Below are positions 62,079-64,000 of a DNA stretch of 64,000 nucleotides, in pieces (position 1 is the first letter of the stretch; each line of letters begins with the position of its first letter). The stretch covers positions 4,960,001 to 5,024,000 of the forward strand of contig OZ250169.1 in the NCBI GenBank assembly GCA_965237955.1. The letters run 5' to 3'. A program made the position numbers and the translations under genes. A model generated the notes under the pieces. The model had not been told where the DNA came from. It searched no databases and was given only the letters and a program-made list of their open reading frames with translations. This stretch comes from Candidatus Marinacidobacterales bacterium (GTDB taxonomy: Bacteria; Acidobacteriota; Vicinamibacteria; Marinacidobacterales; SMYC01).

Positions 62079-62555
62079 ATGAAGCTCGAACGAGGGCCGG
62101 TCCCTATCGATTTCGCGCGGGAGCTCGTCGAAGAGGCGCTCGTGGTGGCTTCGAGACGCGCGGATGCCGAGCTTCAGGCGGCGTTCCTGGAGGAAAGGGA
62201 AGCCGTCCACAGTATCGAGACTATCGACATTCTAGAAAAACACCTCGATGCTCTCGACAGCCGATGGATGGATAGACTGCGCGTGGCCGAGGCGCTCGAG
62301 AGGGTTCTCGCCCGCCACCCGGGCCTCGAAGACGTCGTATCGCGGTGTTTTCTGAAACTCGCCCGGGGCAAAGAAGACGAAAAGGCCTTTCTGTACACGG
62401 ATGACGCCTCCCTGTCGGGCACCGACGCTGCGAAACCGGCCCTCGTCATCCAACTCACCGGGGACACGCTACTGGCCCTGGACAAATTAGAACCCCTGCT
62501 GATGACCACGCTCGCACGAGCAAGACGTCCTTCTTCAGTTATTCCACATCACTGA
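62079..62555 (+). CDS. Hypothetical protein
   Basis: ATG 62079 after an AAGGTG SD-like site; helical composition. Confidence 0.6.
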   Translation: MKLERGPVPIDFARELVEEALVVASRRADAELQAAFLEEREAVHSIETIDILEKHLDALDSRWMDRLRVAEALERVLARHPGLEDVVSRCFLKLARGKEDEKAFLYTDDASLSGTDAAKPALVIQLTGDTLLALDKLEPLLMTTLARARRPSSVIPHH

Positions 62556-63093
62556 GCAGCGGCCGCAAATTCTGCGGCACCGGAATCCGGAACGCGTTCA
62601 GCGACAACGCGACCAGGCTGTAGTAGCCGATGAGAATGGTCAGCTCGGTAACACCACGGGGACCCAGGTGCTCGGCCGCGGCCGAGAATACGTCGTCTTC
62701 GACGAAGTGGTCGCGCAGCAGCTCGAACGTGTACTTGTAAACGGACTCCTCGTCGCGCTGTTCGAACTCCGGCGTGCGGCGGCGCTTGATGTCTTCGATG
62801 ACCGCGCGTAGAATTCCGGCTTCACGTCCGGCGGGTTCGTGGATGGACCACTCGATCTGCGCGTCCCAGAAGCGGGCGGTGACGAGGATCGCGAGCTCAC
62901 GGATTCGGGGCGGTAGGGTGGTACGGAAACGCGCGTGCTCACCCAGCTGCTGTGCGCGCTGAGCCAGCTCGGGACTGTGAAGCCACACCCGGAACGGGCC
63001 ATGGAGGCTCCCGCGAGAGGCCAAAATCGCGTCGTAGACCTTCGTCTGCTCTGGTGAGAGCTGATATCTCTCGAGCTCGGGAATCCGACTCAC
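62539..63093 (-). CDS. Carboxymuconolactone decarboxylase/AhpD-like protein
   Basis: GPFRVWLHSPEL, RELAILVTAR, EWSIHE, IGYY. Confidence 0.88.
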   Translation of the reverse strand: MSRIPELERYQLSPEQTKVYDAILASRGSLHGPFRVWLHSPELAQRAQQLGEHARFRTTLPPRIRELAILVTARFWDAQIEWSIHEPAGREAGILRAVIEDIKRRRTPEFEQRDEESVYKYTFELLRDHFVEDDVFSAAAEHLGPRGVTELTILIGYYSLVALSLNAFRIPVPQNLRPLLSDVE

Positions 63094-63172
63094 ACGAACA
63101 CCTCCTCCTATTTTGGGGGGATCATCCTCAATATTAATAGAATCGGGTCGACAATGGGTCTCGATTTGACGC

Positions 63173-63268
63173 CTCACCGAAGAGGAGACCGACGCTCTGA
63201 TCGCGATGATGGAAGCGTTGGAAGGCGAAGGGTATATGGATTCACCGCCGACGTCGTTTCCTCAGTAG
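63173..63268 (+). pseudogene. Cytochrome c peroxidase-like C-terminal stub
   Basis: LTEEETDALIAMMEALEGEGYMDSPPTSFPQ*; rest of the gene absent. Confidence 0.5.
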
Positions 63269-63768
63269 TCGAGGGCGTAGTCGAGCATGACGTCGTCGTC
63301 GAACAGGTAGCGGCCGTAGAAGCGCACGCCGTCGAGGACGTGTGGAATCCATAGCTTGTCGTCTTCCCACATCTCCTCGTAGGGAATCGCGTCGACGGGG
63401 GACCAGATGGGCGACGCCTCGTCGGTCTCGGTCGGCTCGCCCTCGTAATCGCCGGCTTTGAACACGTGTACGTGGATGGAGTAGCCGTCCACGAACTGGA
63501 ACAAGTTCTCGCCCGCGTAGGAGAGATTCAGGGGTGTGATGCAAAGCTCCTCTTGCGCCTCCCGAATCGCAGCTTCGAGCGGCGCTTCGCCCGGCTCCAG
63601 CCGGCCTCCGGGAGCATTGATCTTCCCGGCGCCGAGCCCGCGCTTCTTGCGAATCAGAAGCATGTGGCCGTCTTTCACCACGAAGACGAGAGTCGCGGGG
63701 TCCTTGGCTTCCCAGGTGTCCCAATCTATATCGGCAAGCTTCTTGGCATTCTTCATGGGGAGCGCCAT
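63262..63768 (-). CDS. 8-oxo-dGTP diphosphatase (MTH1-like Nudix)
   Basis: KKRGLGAGK, GGRLEPGE..AAIREAQEE Nudix box, MWEDD. Confidence 0.9.
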   Translation of the reverse strand: MALPMKNAKKLADIDWDTWEAKDPATLVFVVKDGHMLLIRKKRGLGAGKINAPGGRLEPGEAPLEAAIREAQEELCITPLNLSYAGENLFQFVDGYSIHVHVFKAGDYEGEPTETDEASPIWSPVDAIPYEEMWEDDKLWIPHVLDGVRFYGRYLFDDDVMLDYALDY

Positions 63769-63785
63769 TGTGTCACAATCAATTT

Positions 63786-64000
63786 ATGGGCAAGAAGGGA
63801 TGGGCGATCGTCGGCGGGGCGGCGGCGATCGTGGTCTCTTACTTTGCGTGGACGATGTTCTTGTCGCTGGAGGCGCGGGTCGAGCGAACGATCAAAGGGG
63901 CCGCCGTTGCTGCCGAAGAAGTCGATGCCGCGACGTTTCTGTCGTTTTTCGATGCGAGCTACTCGGATTATGTGCACGCCGATCGGGCGACGTTCGCCGA
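63786..64000 (+). CDS. Hypothetical membrane-anchored protein, runs off window edge
   Basis: MGKKGWAIVGGAAAIVVSYFAWTMF..., open to the end of the window. Confidence 0.6.
   Translation, partial: MGKKGWAIVGGAAAIVVSYFAWTMFLSLEARVERTIKGAAVAAEEVDAATFLSFFDASYSDYVHADRATFA

Overview
GC-rich bacterial chromosomal window, most likely Acidobacteriota. This is an inference from an ADOP-permease remnant at 49.8 kb and an Acido-Lenti-like RNA. The backbone carries a Tat-exported xanthine-oxidase-family molybdoenzyme with a cytochrome b, a moxR-DUF58-batABCDE operon extended by a methyltransferase and a ferredoxin:thioredoxin reductase, a sigma54-driven 922-aa coiled-coil protein, a KAS, a sugar-catabolism cluster, a CCA-type enzyme, a two-component system, mnmA, metXY and an nfeD-nfeD-floA operon. 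A decayed genomic island occupies about 22.2-35.9 kb. It holds an M6-like protease, a GH130/GT4 cassette, IS256, IS5 and ISKra4 remnants and an integrase remnant, and it ends in a tRNA-Leu(CAG) cut after the anticodon arm. The most unusual element is a leucine-codon leader peptide with a terminator/antiterminator placed directly upstream of that tRNA gene. Other notable items are an internally inverted glycosyltransferase gene with nested IS256 and MITE insertions, a two-copy CTAG-targeting MITE, a small terminated ncRNA, and many short deletion-scar gene stubs. About a dozen single-base frameshifts suggest uncorrected long-read errors, so pseudogene calls resting only on indels are tentative. 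No CRISPR array or rRNA was seen. All family assignments are by eye from motifs, with no database searches.
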